From: Bacteroidota bacterium
Lineage (GTDB): Bacteria > Bacteroidota > Ignavibacteria > UBA10030 > SZUA-254
Assembly: GCA_035524335.1 (NCBI GenBank)
Contig: DATKPE010000003.1
Span: 2,902-66,901, forward strand
DNA: 64,000 bases
Direction: 5' to 3'
The translations under genes were made by a program, and so were the position numbers. Under the pieces are notes generated by a model. The model was given only the letters and a program-made list of their open reading frames with translations, ran no database searches and was not told the origin of the DNA. Below are positions 36,302 to 43,967 of the stretch, piece after piece (within the stretch, counting starts at the first letter, position 1; every line of letters starts with the position of its first letter).

Positions 36302-37027
36302 TCAGATCGTTCCGAGCATCCGGACGATCGCCGCAACCCGGGCCTTTTCGACGACCCGGTTCTGGCCGAACGAACGCGTGAACGGTCCCTTCGCACGGTC
36401 CGGTTCTCCCTCCACCCCGCTTCCGATGTGAACCTCGCCGGCGCGGGTGGAGCGGAGGAACGGACGCAGGTTTCCGGCATTGATGCCTCCGCCCGGAAGG
36501 ATCGTGACACGCCGGCCGGCCCTGAGAATCAGTGAGCGGATCCGGACCGCTCCCGCGGGCGCGGAGGATTTTCCGCCGGCGGTCAGAAGACGATCGACCC
36601 CCAGATCGGCGAGTTCGTTGAGCGCCTCTACCGGATCCGGCGCAGAATCGAACGCCCGGTGAAATGTGACGCTCATCGGACGGGCGATCCGGACGAGCCC
36701 CGCAGTGCGCTTTCGATCGATGCGGTTTTCCGGGAGGAGAATGCCGAAGACGACGCCGTCGGCTCCGAGATCCTTCGCAACCGCAATGTCCCGGCGCATC
36801 ACCTCCATCTCGGCGGCAGTATAACAGAAATCCCCGGCCCGCGGCCGGATAAGGACATGAATCGGAATCGGCACCGCATCACGCACACCGGCGATGAGTC
36901 CCGCACTCGGGGTGGTTCCGCCCATCGGGCGGTTTGCACAGAGCTCGATGCGGTCGGCGCCTCCTTTGAAGGCCGCCACCGCGTCGTCGACCGACCCGAG
37001 GCAAATCTCAAGTTTAATTCTGTTCAT
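36302..37027 (-). CDS. cutC: CutC-family TIM-barrel protein (annotated 'copper homeostasis', true function unclear)
   Basis: 241 aa. The sequence is MNRIKLEICLGSVDDAVAAFKGGADRIELC ... TFHRAFD ... ILPGGGI, collinear with the CutC family. Confidence 0.85.
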   Translation of the reverse strand: MNRIKLEICLGSVDDAVAAFKGGADRIELCANRPMGGTTPSAGLIAGVRDAVPIPIHVLIRPRAGDFCYTAAEMEVMRRDIAVAKDLGADGVVFGILLPENRIDRKRTAGLVRIARPMSVTFHRAFDSAPDPVEALNELADLGVDRLLTAGGKSSAPAGAVRIRSLILRAGRRVTILPGGGINAGNLRPFLRSTRAGEVHIGSGVEGEPDRAKGPFTRSFGQNRVVEKARVAAIVRMLGTI

Positions 37028-37051
37028 GGGTTCCGGGTCATCCTTCCCGCG

Positions 37052-39364
37052 CTATTTTTCAATCGCCAGCTCATCGACAAAAAGCCACGCGCTGTTCCCT
37101 GAGCCGGGCTTCCCCTCCGGAATCCTGCCGGCATTCCGGGCAACGATGCGGACAAACCGGGCTGACTGCGTGCCGAGATCCAGAGCGATGACCGCCCCGG
37201 ACCTATGGATCTGCATCGAGTCGAGCTCCCCGATCATCGTCATCGAAGCCGAGTCGTTTCCTGCATATACCGTCAGATGCCGTGGCGGATAGATCCAGCT
37301 CGCCTCCGCGCCGACAAATGAGGTGCGCAGGCGGGAAAAGCCGGTGACCGCTCCAAGGTCGATCGTGGCGTCCAGATCAGGTCCCCAGAACCCCAGCCAG
37401 TTCTGTCCGAAGCGGGCCGTATCTCCCCTGATCCCGTCGACAAGGGTGGATGGACCATGGCCCGGATAATTCTGATGAGCGGGCGCGGCAAGCCGGATCG
37501 GTTTCCCTGTCGAGAGCGATATTTCAAACCGCTGACCGGTGATCGCGCTCAGCATGCGGTCGCCCTCCAGATACGCCGCTTTTATGGTAACTGAATGATC
37601 GACCGGAATGGGCGTTTTGTACAGGGTTGACGACGCCGACGGATCGGAACCGTCGAGGGTGTAGCGGATCCCGCCGGAGGTGAACGGTGAATGGAGTTCC
37701 ACGGCGAGTACCTTCCCGGTGCCGGCCGGAACCGGAAGAATCGTGACTTCATACAAGGCGCGGGAATAATTGACACCGATCGAATCGAGAAGCGGCAGGC
37801 CGGCAATGAGCCTCTGCTGAAAGTCGCTGTAGACACGGCTCGATTCCGGCGTCCAGTCCACCTCGGCCAGTGCCGCTGTCCGGGGGTATGCCATATATTC
37901 GACCTGCCGGGGCGTGGGGATATATTCTGTCCACACATTCCCCTGGGCGCCGAGGATATGGCTTTGTTCCTCCGGAGTGAGACCGGACGGAACGGGGTCG
38001 TACGAGTAGACCTTTTCAACCGTGGTATAACCGCCGATGGCGAGCGGTTCGGTCGCAGGATTTCCCTGGTAATAATCGAAATAGCAGTACCCCCCGGGGG
38101 TCATCACGACATCGTGCCGCATCCGCGCCGCGGCGGTTCCTCCTTCGGTTCCGCGCCAGCTCATGACCGCCGCATCGGGGGGAAGGCCCCCTTCCAGAAT
38201 TTCGTCCCAGCCGATGCTCCTCTTCCCTTTGGCTGTGAGGAACTGACCGATCTGCCGGATGAAATAGCTCTGCAGTTCATCCTCATTCTTCAATCCCTCG
38301 CTCTTGATCAGGGCCTGGCAGTGTGCGCACGCCTTCCAGCGGGTTTTCGGCACTTCGTCCCCGCCGATGTGGATGTAGGGGCCGGGGAAAATGTCGCACA
38401 CCTCCGAGAGGACATCTTCCAGGAAAGAGAATGTCTCCTTTTTCGGACAGAAGACATCGTCGTAGACACCCCAGGCCCGGCCGACCTCAAAAGGTCCCCC
38501 GGTACAGGAAAGTGCGGGGTAGGACGCCAGGGCGGCAAGGGCATGTCCCGGCATTTCGATTTCGGGAACGATGGTGACATGCCGGTCGGCGGCATACGAC
38601 ACAAGATCGCGGAGCTGACTCTGGGAATACCATCCGCCGTACCGGAGAGAATCGAATTTCTGCGCGCTGTACGGTCCCACCATCGACCCGGCGCGATACC
38701 CGCCGACCTGCATGAGGCGGGGATATTTCCGGATTTCGATGCGCCATCCCTGATCGTCCGTCAGATGGAGATGGAATGTATTCATCTTGTAGACCGACAT
38801 GAGATCGACGTACTTCTTCAGAAATTCGACCGGGAAGAAATGGCGGCAGACGTCAAGATGGAGGCCGCGCCACCGGAAGCGGGGATAGTCGGTGATCTCG
38901 AGTCCCGGAATTTCGAGTTTCCCGCCCGTCGTGAGGGTGAACAACTGCCGGAGCGTCTGTTCGCCGTAAAATATCCCCGCCGGGCTTCCCCGGAGATTTA
39001 TCCGACGGTCGGTGACGCTCAGATGATATCCTTCCGGGCCGAGGAGGGAGTCGACGGCCGATTCCAGCGTTATGGTGTTGTCCGTCGGAGCGCCTCCGAT
39101 GATGATGCGCACCTCCGCCCGGGTCCGCGCGCCGATCCAGCGGGCAAGAAAGTCAGCTTCAGTTTCGAGTGATCGGTCGAGAGCCCTGATCGCGGTCGTC
39201 CGGGTGATCGTGAAGCTGTCGCCCGTCCTGTGAACGGAGACCGGGAGAGGTATCAGCGGCAGACGATCGGCAGGGCCGGCGGTCGAGGGAGCAGTGCCGA
39301 CGACCAGCAGGATAAAGAAAAGTGATATGACGAGGCGGATATGCAGTTTCATAATCGTGAACAT
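37052..39364 (-). CDS. GH20 beta-N-acetylhexosaminidase with C-terminal CHB_HEX_C-like plus F5/8-type-C tail
   Basis: Track ORF trimmed to ATG 39364 (MFTIMKLHIRLVISLFFILLVVG; ATG 39352 is equally possible). GH20 motifs FHLHLTDDQGWRIEI and IHIGGDEV are present. The tail contains IRYTLDGSDPSASS ... ARFVRIVARNAG...AWLFVDEL. Confidence 0.9.
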   Translation of the reverse strand: MFTIMKLHIRLVISLFFILLVVGTAPSTAGPADRLPLIPLPVSVHRTGDSFTITRTTAIRALDRSLETEADFLARWIGARTRAEVRIIIGGAPTDNTITLESAVDSLLGPEGYHLSVTDRRINLRGSPAGIFYGEQTLRQLFTLTTGGKLEIPGLEITDYPRFRWRGLHLDVCRHFFPVEFLKKYVDLMSVYKMNTFHLHLTDDQGWRIEIRKYPRLMQVGGYRAGSMVGPYSAQKFDSLRYGGWYSQSQLRDLVSYAADRHVTIVPEIEMPGHALAALASYPALSCTGGPFEVGRAWGVYDDVFCPKKETFSFLEDVLSEVCDIFPGPYIHIGGDEVPKTRWKACAHCQALIKSEGLKNEDELQSYFIRQIGQFLTAKGKRSIGWDEILEGGLPPDAAVMSWRGTEGGTAAARMRHDVVMTPGGYCYFDYYQGNPATEPLAIGGYTTVEKVYSYDPVPSGLTPEEQSHILGAQGNVWTEYIPTPRQVEYMAYPRTAALAEVDWTPESSRVYSDFQQRLIAGLPLLDSIGVNYSRALYEVTILPVPAGTGKVLAVELHSPFTSGGIRYTLDGSDPSASSTLYKTPIPVDHSVTIKAAYLEGDRMLSAITGQRFEISLSTGKPIRLAAPAHQNYPGHGPSTLVDGIRGDTARFGQNWLGFWGPDLDATIDLGAVTGFSRLRTSFVGAEASWIYPPRHLTVYAGNDSASMTMIGELDSMQIHRSGAVIALDLGTQSARFVRIVARNAGRIPEGKPGSGNSAWLFVDELAIEK

Positions 39365-39401
39365 ACGAAGACGGCGCGCTCCGGGCAAGTATGGAGGGCA
39401 T

Positions 39402-40208
39402 TCATCCCGGATTCCGGCCGTACTTGACGGCAATCAGCTGGGCCGCGATGCTGACGGCGATTTCTTCGGGAGTATGCGAGCCGATGGAAATTCCCACCGG
39501 GGCGAAGACCGGTGCGAGCAGTTTCCGGTCGATTCCGTCCGCGAGGAGCCGGTCGAAGAGTTCCCGGACCTTTTTCGCACTGCCGAGGAGTCCAAGATAC
39601 CGGCACTCTTTGCCGAGGCAGGCCCGGATAGCCTGTTCATCATACTTGTGCCCGTGTGTCATGATGACGATGAAGGTCTCCGGAGAAAATTCGATATGTT
39701 CTGCGATATCGCGGATAGGGGTACAGACGGTGCGGGAGGCGCCCGGATGTTTTTGTGCCGTCGACCACTCCTCCCGGTCGTCGAGCACCGTGACGGTGAA
39801 ACCGCACCGAGATGCGAGCGATGAAAGAGCGGCGCCGCAGTGTCCGCCGCCGACGATGTACAGCGGCGCTCCGGTGAACAGCGGCTCGATGAGAATTTCC
39901 TGCCATCCTCCGCACACCATGCCGGTCTTCTCGGCATCCGCGCCGCCGTCGCCAAGATCATAGCACCAATGCGCAAGCAGAGCCGGCCGTTCCCGCATGA
40001 TCCGGTCGATGACTCTGCGTTCGATCTCCCCGCCTCCCACGGTCCCCGCGCGCCGTCCCGTCCGGTCGACGATCATCTTCATGCCCGGTTCCACCGGCGT
40101 TGAACCGTCTGTCGCAATGACCGTCGCGATCCAGACCGGCGTCCGCCGGAGTTCCGCGTCGGCGAGCAGGCCGTAGAACGCCGCCGGGCCGCTTCCGTCA
40201 TCAATCAT
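39402..40208 (-). CDS. xdhC: XdhC/CoxI-family molybdenum-hydroxylase maturation (Mo-cofactor insertion/sulfuration) protein
   Basis: Track ORF trimmed to ATG 40208 (MIDDGSGPAAFYGLL), 10 nt after the mocA stop. An N-terminal XdhC_CoxI-like segment (VIATDGSTPVEPGMKM) is followed by a Rossmann segment (LYIVGGGHCGAALSSLASRCGFTVTVLDDREEW). Confidence 0.8.
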   Translation of the reverse strand: MIDDGSGPAAFYGLLADAELRRTPVWIATVIATDGSTPVEPGMKMIVDRTGRRAGTVGGGEIERRVIDRIMRERPALLAHWCYDLGDGGADAEKTGMVCGGWQEILIEPLFTGAPLYIVGGGHCGAALSSLASRCGFTVTVLDDREEWSTAQKHPGASRTVCTPIRDIAEHIEFSPETFIVIMTHGHKYDEQAIRACLGKECRYLGLLGSAKKVRELFDRLLADGIDRKLLAPVFAPVGISIGSHTPEEIAVSIAAQLIAVKYGRNPG

Positions 40209-40218
40209 ATCATGCCTC

Positions 40219-40818
40219 TCATCGTTCGACAGCAGTATTGAACCTGGCCGCATCGGCCGGTGAGTTGAGGTTTCCGAGAATGCCGATGTCCCTGCAGGCG
40301 GTGTAGCAGATCTCCGATCCCGTTCCATGCAGTACATCCTTCAGCCGAAGGCCCTTGTCCGCCCGCAGTATCCGGGCAAAGAGATTCCGGGGAATCACGA
40401 TCGGATGACCAGCCTGACGGTTCAGCGAGGGAATGATGACTGCCTCCGGCCGCAGAGCCGATTTGTGCAGGAGCAGCTCATAGGTGGCCGGCGCCACGAG
40501 CGGATGATCGACCGGTATCAGGATCACCTTCTGCTTGCCGGCAAAATGAGCGAGGCCGACTTGCACGGAGGAGAGCATTCCGGATTCGGGCGACGGATTG
40601 ACGGCGACCGGAAGATTCGGGAAGGTATCCGCGATCCAGTCCGTGTCGGCCGGTCTCAGAATACAGATCAGGTCCGTCACGCCGGCTGCGGCAACCGCGT
40701 CGGTGATCCGTTCAATGAAATAGACGCCCCCCGCCTTCATCCGTACTTTCGGGGTGCCCATGCGGGCGCCGTTGCCGGCCGCAAGAACGATGGCTCCGAC
40801 CGATCCTGTCCCGGTCAT
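40219..40818 (-). CDS. mocA: MobA-like nucleotidyltransferase, MocA-type molybdenum cofactor cytidylyltransferase
   Basis: 199 aa. The N-terminal AIVLAAGNGARMGTPKV motif matches the NTP_transf_3/MocA family. ATGA overlap with the upstream PLP-enzyme gene. Confidence 0.75.
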   Translation of the reverse strand: MTGTGSVGAIVLAAGNGARMGTPKVRMKAGGVYFIERITDAVAAAGVTDLICILRPADTDWIADTFPNLPVAVNPSPESGMLSSVQVGLAHFAGKQKVILIPVDHPLVAPATYELLLHKSALRPEAVIIPSLNRQAGHPIVIPRNLFARILRADKGLRLKDVLHGTGSEICYTACRDIGILGNLNSPADAARFNTAVER

Positions 40819-42275
40819 CCGCCGGACCCTGTACGCCTGTTGAATTCACCGATCATGCTTTCAATCCGGGCGGATTCATTCACAAACACATCGTGCCAGA
40901 ATTCGGGCGACCATTGGCGGTTCAATTCCTCCAGCGATTTTCCCTGCTGTTCCACCCACGTATAGTATTTGAGATTGTGAATCGCCTTCCGATCATAATA
41001 CCCGAGTTCCCGGAAAAAGTCAATCCTCTGGTGAAGAAGAGCCGCACCGTGATCGGCGGCGGCGTGCATGAGGGAATAGTTCCCTTTCTCGCCGCGCAGT
41101 TCCAGAAGCCGGGAACCGTACATCTCCGTCGAATCGGTAAAAATGGTAAAAATAACGTCCTGCGGTCCAAGCTCGTAATATCGCGCGGTTTTTATCGCCG
41201 CAAGCAGGTTGCCTATCCCCGAGATGCCAAGGAGCGGCAGGTTCGGGAGTATGGATGGATTGACGCCGATGGAGGTGAGGTACCGGACTCCCTCCGGTTC
41301 ATTGAAGAGCCGGAGAACCCTCATGCAATCCTCGTCGTCCACCGCCGCGATGCAGTCGGTATTCCGGACATTGTGGACCCAGGGCACATGTTTGTCCCCG
41401 ATGCCCTCGATCCGGTGTGCGCCGAATCCGTTCATCAGAAGCGTCGGGCACTGAAGCGCTTCCGCGGCCACGACCTGCAGGCGGGGAAACTGCATTTTCA
41501 GATAATCGCCTGCGGCAATGGTGCCGGCGGAACCGGTGGCGGAGACGAATGCCGCCGGTGAAGCCGACACCCCGCGGAGAGAGCGGAAAACCTCCTCCAC
41601 CGCAGGACCGGTGACATTGTAATGAAAGATCGGATTGCCGAATTCCTCGAATTGATTGAAGATGACATTCCGGGGATCTTCCTTCAGTTCCCAGCACTTG
41701 TCGTATATCTCCTTCACGTTCGATTCGCAACCGGGGGTCGCGATCACCTCGGCGCCGATCTTTTTCAGCCATTCGAACCGTTCCTTCGACATCTGTTCGG
41801 GAAGGATCGCGATCGGCGTGCACCCGAGCACCGCGCAGTCGAACGCACCGCCCCGGCAGTAATTGCCGGTGGAGGGCCAGACCGCTTTATGGACAGCGGG
41901 ATCGAACTCGCCCGATACCAGCCGGGGCACCAGACATCCGAACGCAGCCCCCACCTTGTGCGCACCGGTGGGAAAATATTTTCCGACCAGGCCGATGATC
42001 CGGGCCGGGACGCCGGTGATCGAGGAGGGAATTTCGAGCTGATTGACACTCCCGAATCCGCCGGTCGCAATATCGTTCTTCCAGGTGATGCGGAAAAGAT
42101 TCAGCGGGTCGACATCCCACAGACCGATGCGGGACAGTTTCGCCACGAGGCCGGGGGGCAGGCTTCCGGGGTCGCGCATCTGCCGGAAGGTCGGGATCGT
42201 GATGCCCCGTTCGCGGCACCGGGCCGCGGTTCGTGCGATGACGGCGTCGCGCGCCGATTGACTGACTACTGCCAT
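40815..42275 (-). CDS. Atypically long (486 aa) fold-type-II PLP-dependent enzyme (Trp-synthase-beta/cysteine-synthase superfamily), function unknown
   Basis: The candidate PLP-lysine block YFPTGAHKVGAAFG is TrpB-like (TGAHK). STGNYCRGGAFDCAVLGC is followed by a GSAGT-like loop (ATGSAGTIAAG). An N-terminal extension of about 100 aa and a C-terminal extension of about 130 aa surround the core. Strong SD (GGAGAGAGGAGAG) upstream. Confidence 0.6.
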   Translation of the reverse strand: MAVVSQSARDAVIARTAARCRERGITIPTFRQMRDPGSLPPGLVAKLSRIGLWDVDPLNLFRITWKNDIATGGFGSVNQLEIPSSITGVPARIIGLVGKYFPTGAHKVGAAFGCLVPRLVSGEFDPAVHKAVWPSTGNYCRGGAFDCAVLGCTPIAILPEQMSKERFEWLKKIGAEVIATPGCESNVKEIYDKCWELKEDPRNVIFNQFEEFGNPIFHYNVTGPAVEEVFRSLRGVSASPAAFVSATGSAGTIAAGDYLKMQFPRLQVVAAEALQCPTLLMNGFGAHRIEGIGDKHVPWVHNVRNTDCIAAVDDEDCMRVLRLFNEPEGVRYLTSIGVNPSILPNLPLLGISGIGNLLAAIKTARYYELGPQDVIFTIFTDSTEMYGSRLLELRGEKGNYSLMHAAADHGAALLHQRIDFFRELGYYDRKAIHNLKYYTWVEQQGKSLEELNRQWSPEFWHDVFVNESARIESMIGEFNRRTGSGG

Positions 42276-42293
42276 GTGCTCTCTCCTCTCTCC

Positions 42294-43463
42294 TTAACGT
42301 GTGACAGCGTGCCGGAGGAACGATCCGACATCCTTTTTCCGCGACATCAGGATCATCGCGGCGATGACGAACGGCTTGAAGCTTGCCTCACGGTACGTGG
42401 CAAGCCGGTAGCGTTCGAAGACATTCTTCGCGACCTCTCCCTGGGCACAGCTCACGCCCGAAATATCGGCAGGCAGACAGTGCATATAGAGCGCATTCCC
42501 GCCTGCGGTCAGCCGCATCCGGCTGTCGGTACATTCCCAGGAGGTATATCGCGCATTGTTCGCAAGACACTCCTTCTCCAGCGCGGCAAGCCCCGTCTTG
42601 TCCGATTTTTTCAGCAGTTCGGTTCTCCGTTCCATGACCTGCAGGGGCGCCCACGATTTCGGATAGACGATGTCTGCATTCCGGAAGGCGTCCTCCATCG
42701 TCGGCGCGATCTCGAATGTTCCCCCGCTTGCCGGAGCCTGCCGGCGCGCACGCTCCACGACATCGGGGAGCAGGTCATACCCCGGTGGCGCCGCCAGGGA
42801 AACGTGCATGCCGAATCGCGTCATCAGCCCGATGATCCCCTGCGGCACCGAGAGCGGCTTGCCGTAACTCGGCGAATATGCCCAGGTCATGGCGATCTTT
42901 TTTCCCCGGAGCGCCTCCGCGGATCCGAAATGCGTGATGAGGTGGACGAGGTCTGCCATGGCCTGTGTCGGATGATCGATATCGCACTGAAGATTGATGA
43001 CGGTCGGCCGCTGGTGCAGCACGCCTGCGTCGTATCCCTCGCCGACGGCGTCACTGACCTCGCGCATGTAGGAATTGCCCTCCCCCAGATACATATCATC
43101 CCGGATGCCGATCACCTCGGTCAGAAACGAGATCATATTCGCGGTCTCCCGCACGGTCTCGCCGTGGGAGATCTGCGACTTTTCCTCGTCCAGATCTGCG
43201 AGCGCAAGTCCCAGCGCGTTGACGGCAGATGCGAAGCTGAAGCGGGTCCGGGTCGATTTGTCCCTGAAGACCGATATCGCGAGACCTGTGTCGTAGAGCC
43301 GGAATGATTTGCCGTGCCGGTGCATTTCGCTCAATATTTCCGCGAGCAGGGCGAGGGTGCGGATATCCTCATCCGACTTGTCCCAGGTGAGAAGAAAGTC
43401 TTCTCCGAAACTGCCGGCGGGCGCGGGTTGACAGCGTTCAATAAGCGTGTGGAGATGGGTCAT
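42294..43463 (-). CDS. ygeW: YgeW-family knotted carbamoyltransferase
   Basis: 389 aa, collinear with E. coli YgeW as remembered. Matching blocks: DFLLTWDKS, ISVFRDKSTRTRFSFASA, HGETVRETANMISF, KKIAMTWAYSPSYGKPLSVPQGIIGLMTRFGM, YMHCLPADISGVSC. Confidence 0.9.
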   Translation of the reverse strand: MTHLHTLIERCQPAPAGSFGEDFLLTWDKSDEDIRTLALLAEILSEMHRHGKSFRLYDTGLAISVFRDKSTRTRFSFASAVNALGLALADLDEEKSQISHGETVRETANMISFLTEVIGIRDDMYLGEGNSYMREVSDAVGEGYDAGVLHQRPTVINLQCDIDHPTQAMADLVHLITHFGSAEALRGKKIAMTWAYSPSYGKPLSVPQGIIGLMTRFGMHVSLAAPPGYDLLPDVVERARRQAPASGGTFEIAPTMEDAFRNADIVYPKSWAPLQVMERRTELLKKSDKTGLAALEKECLANNARYTSWECTDSRMRLTAGGNALYMHCLPADISGVSCAQGEVAKNVFERYRLATYREASFKPFVIAAMILMSRKKDVGSFLRHAVTR

Positions 43464-43472
43464 AGGTATCCG

Positions 43473-43967
43473 TCATGAATTGAAGGAATGGGAACGGAGC
43501 GCGTGCTCCTGATAGTACGGGATCACCGACTCGACGGCATCGACGATCTGCTGGTATCCGGTACAGCGGCAGAGATTGCCGTAGAGGGCACGGCGGATCT
43601 GATCACGGGTCGGGTTCGGATGCCGGAGAAGAAACGCATGCGCCGTCAGGATCATTCCGGGCGTGCAGAACCCGCATTGGACGGCTCCGGCCGAGATAAA
43701 CGCCTCCTGAAGCGGGTGGAGCGTACCGTCGGTCCGGGCCATACCCTCGATGGTAAGGATTTCAGCGCCCTCCACCTCGGCAAGGCGGCGGGTGCAGATT
43801 TTCATCGGCTCGTCGTTGATGAGGATGGTACAGGCGCCGCAGGCGCCGATATCGCACGCATTTTTGGTGCCCGTCAGACCGAGATCTTCCCGGAGAAAAT
43901 CGACCAGACGTTTTCCGGCGAGTGTTTCGTCGGCAAAGACGGTTTTTCCGTTCACGGAAAATTTCAT
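43473..43967 (-). CDS. [2Fe-2S]-binding small subunit of a molybdenum hydroxylase (CoxS/XdhC-Ecoli type)
   Basis: 164 aa. Plant-type cluster motif CDIGACGACTILIN and second cluster motif CRCTGYQQI. ATGA overlap with the Mo-subunit gene. Confidence 0.9.
   Translation of the reverse strand: MKFSVNGKTVFADETLAGKRLVDFLREDLGLTGTKNACDIGACGACTILINDEPMKICTRRLAEVEGAEILTIEGMARTDGTLHPLQEAFISAGAVQCGFCTPGMILTAHAFLLRHPNPTRDQIRRALYGNLCRCTGYQQIVDAVESVIPYYQEHALRSHSFNS

Noticed and set aside
37691-39172. 493-aa plus-strand ORF inside the GH20 gene. The same pattern occurs at 50405-51850, 61246-62745, 53928-53941..52928, 59701-60687, 10678-11433 and 4876-5865.
   Set aside because: All are antisense to genes with diagnostic motifs (GH20, SsnA/DPD-like, CopA, MFS, GT39, MalK). 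All are R/G/D/P/H-rich and motif-free.
41622-43307. 561-aa plus-strand ORF spanning the PLP-enzyme/ygeW junction
   Set aside because: It runs antisense across two well-supported genes and their SD-containing spacer. No motifs are present. It is a shadow ORF.
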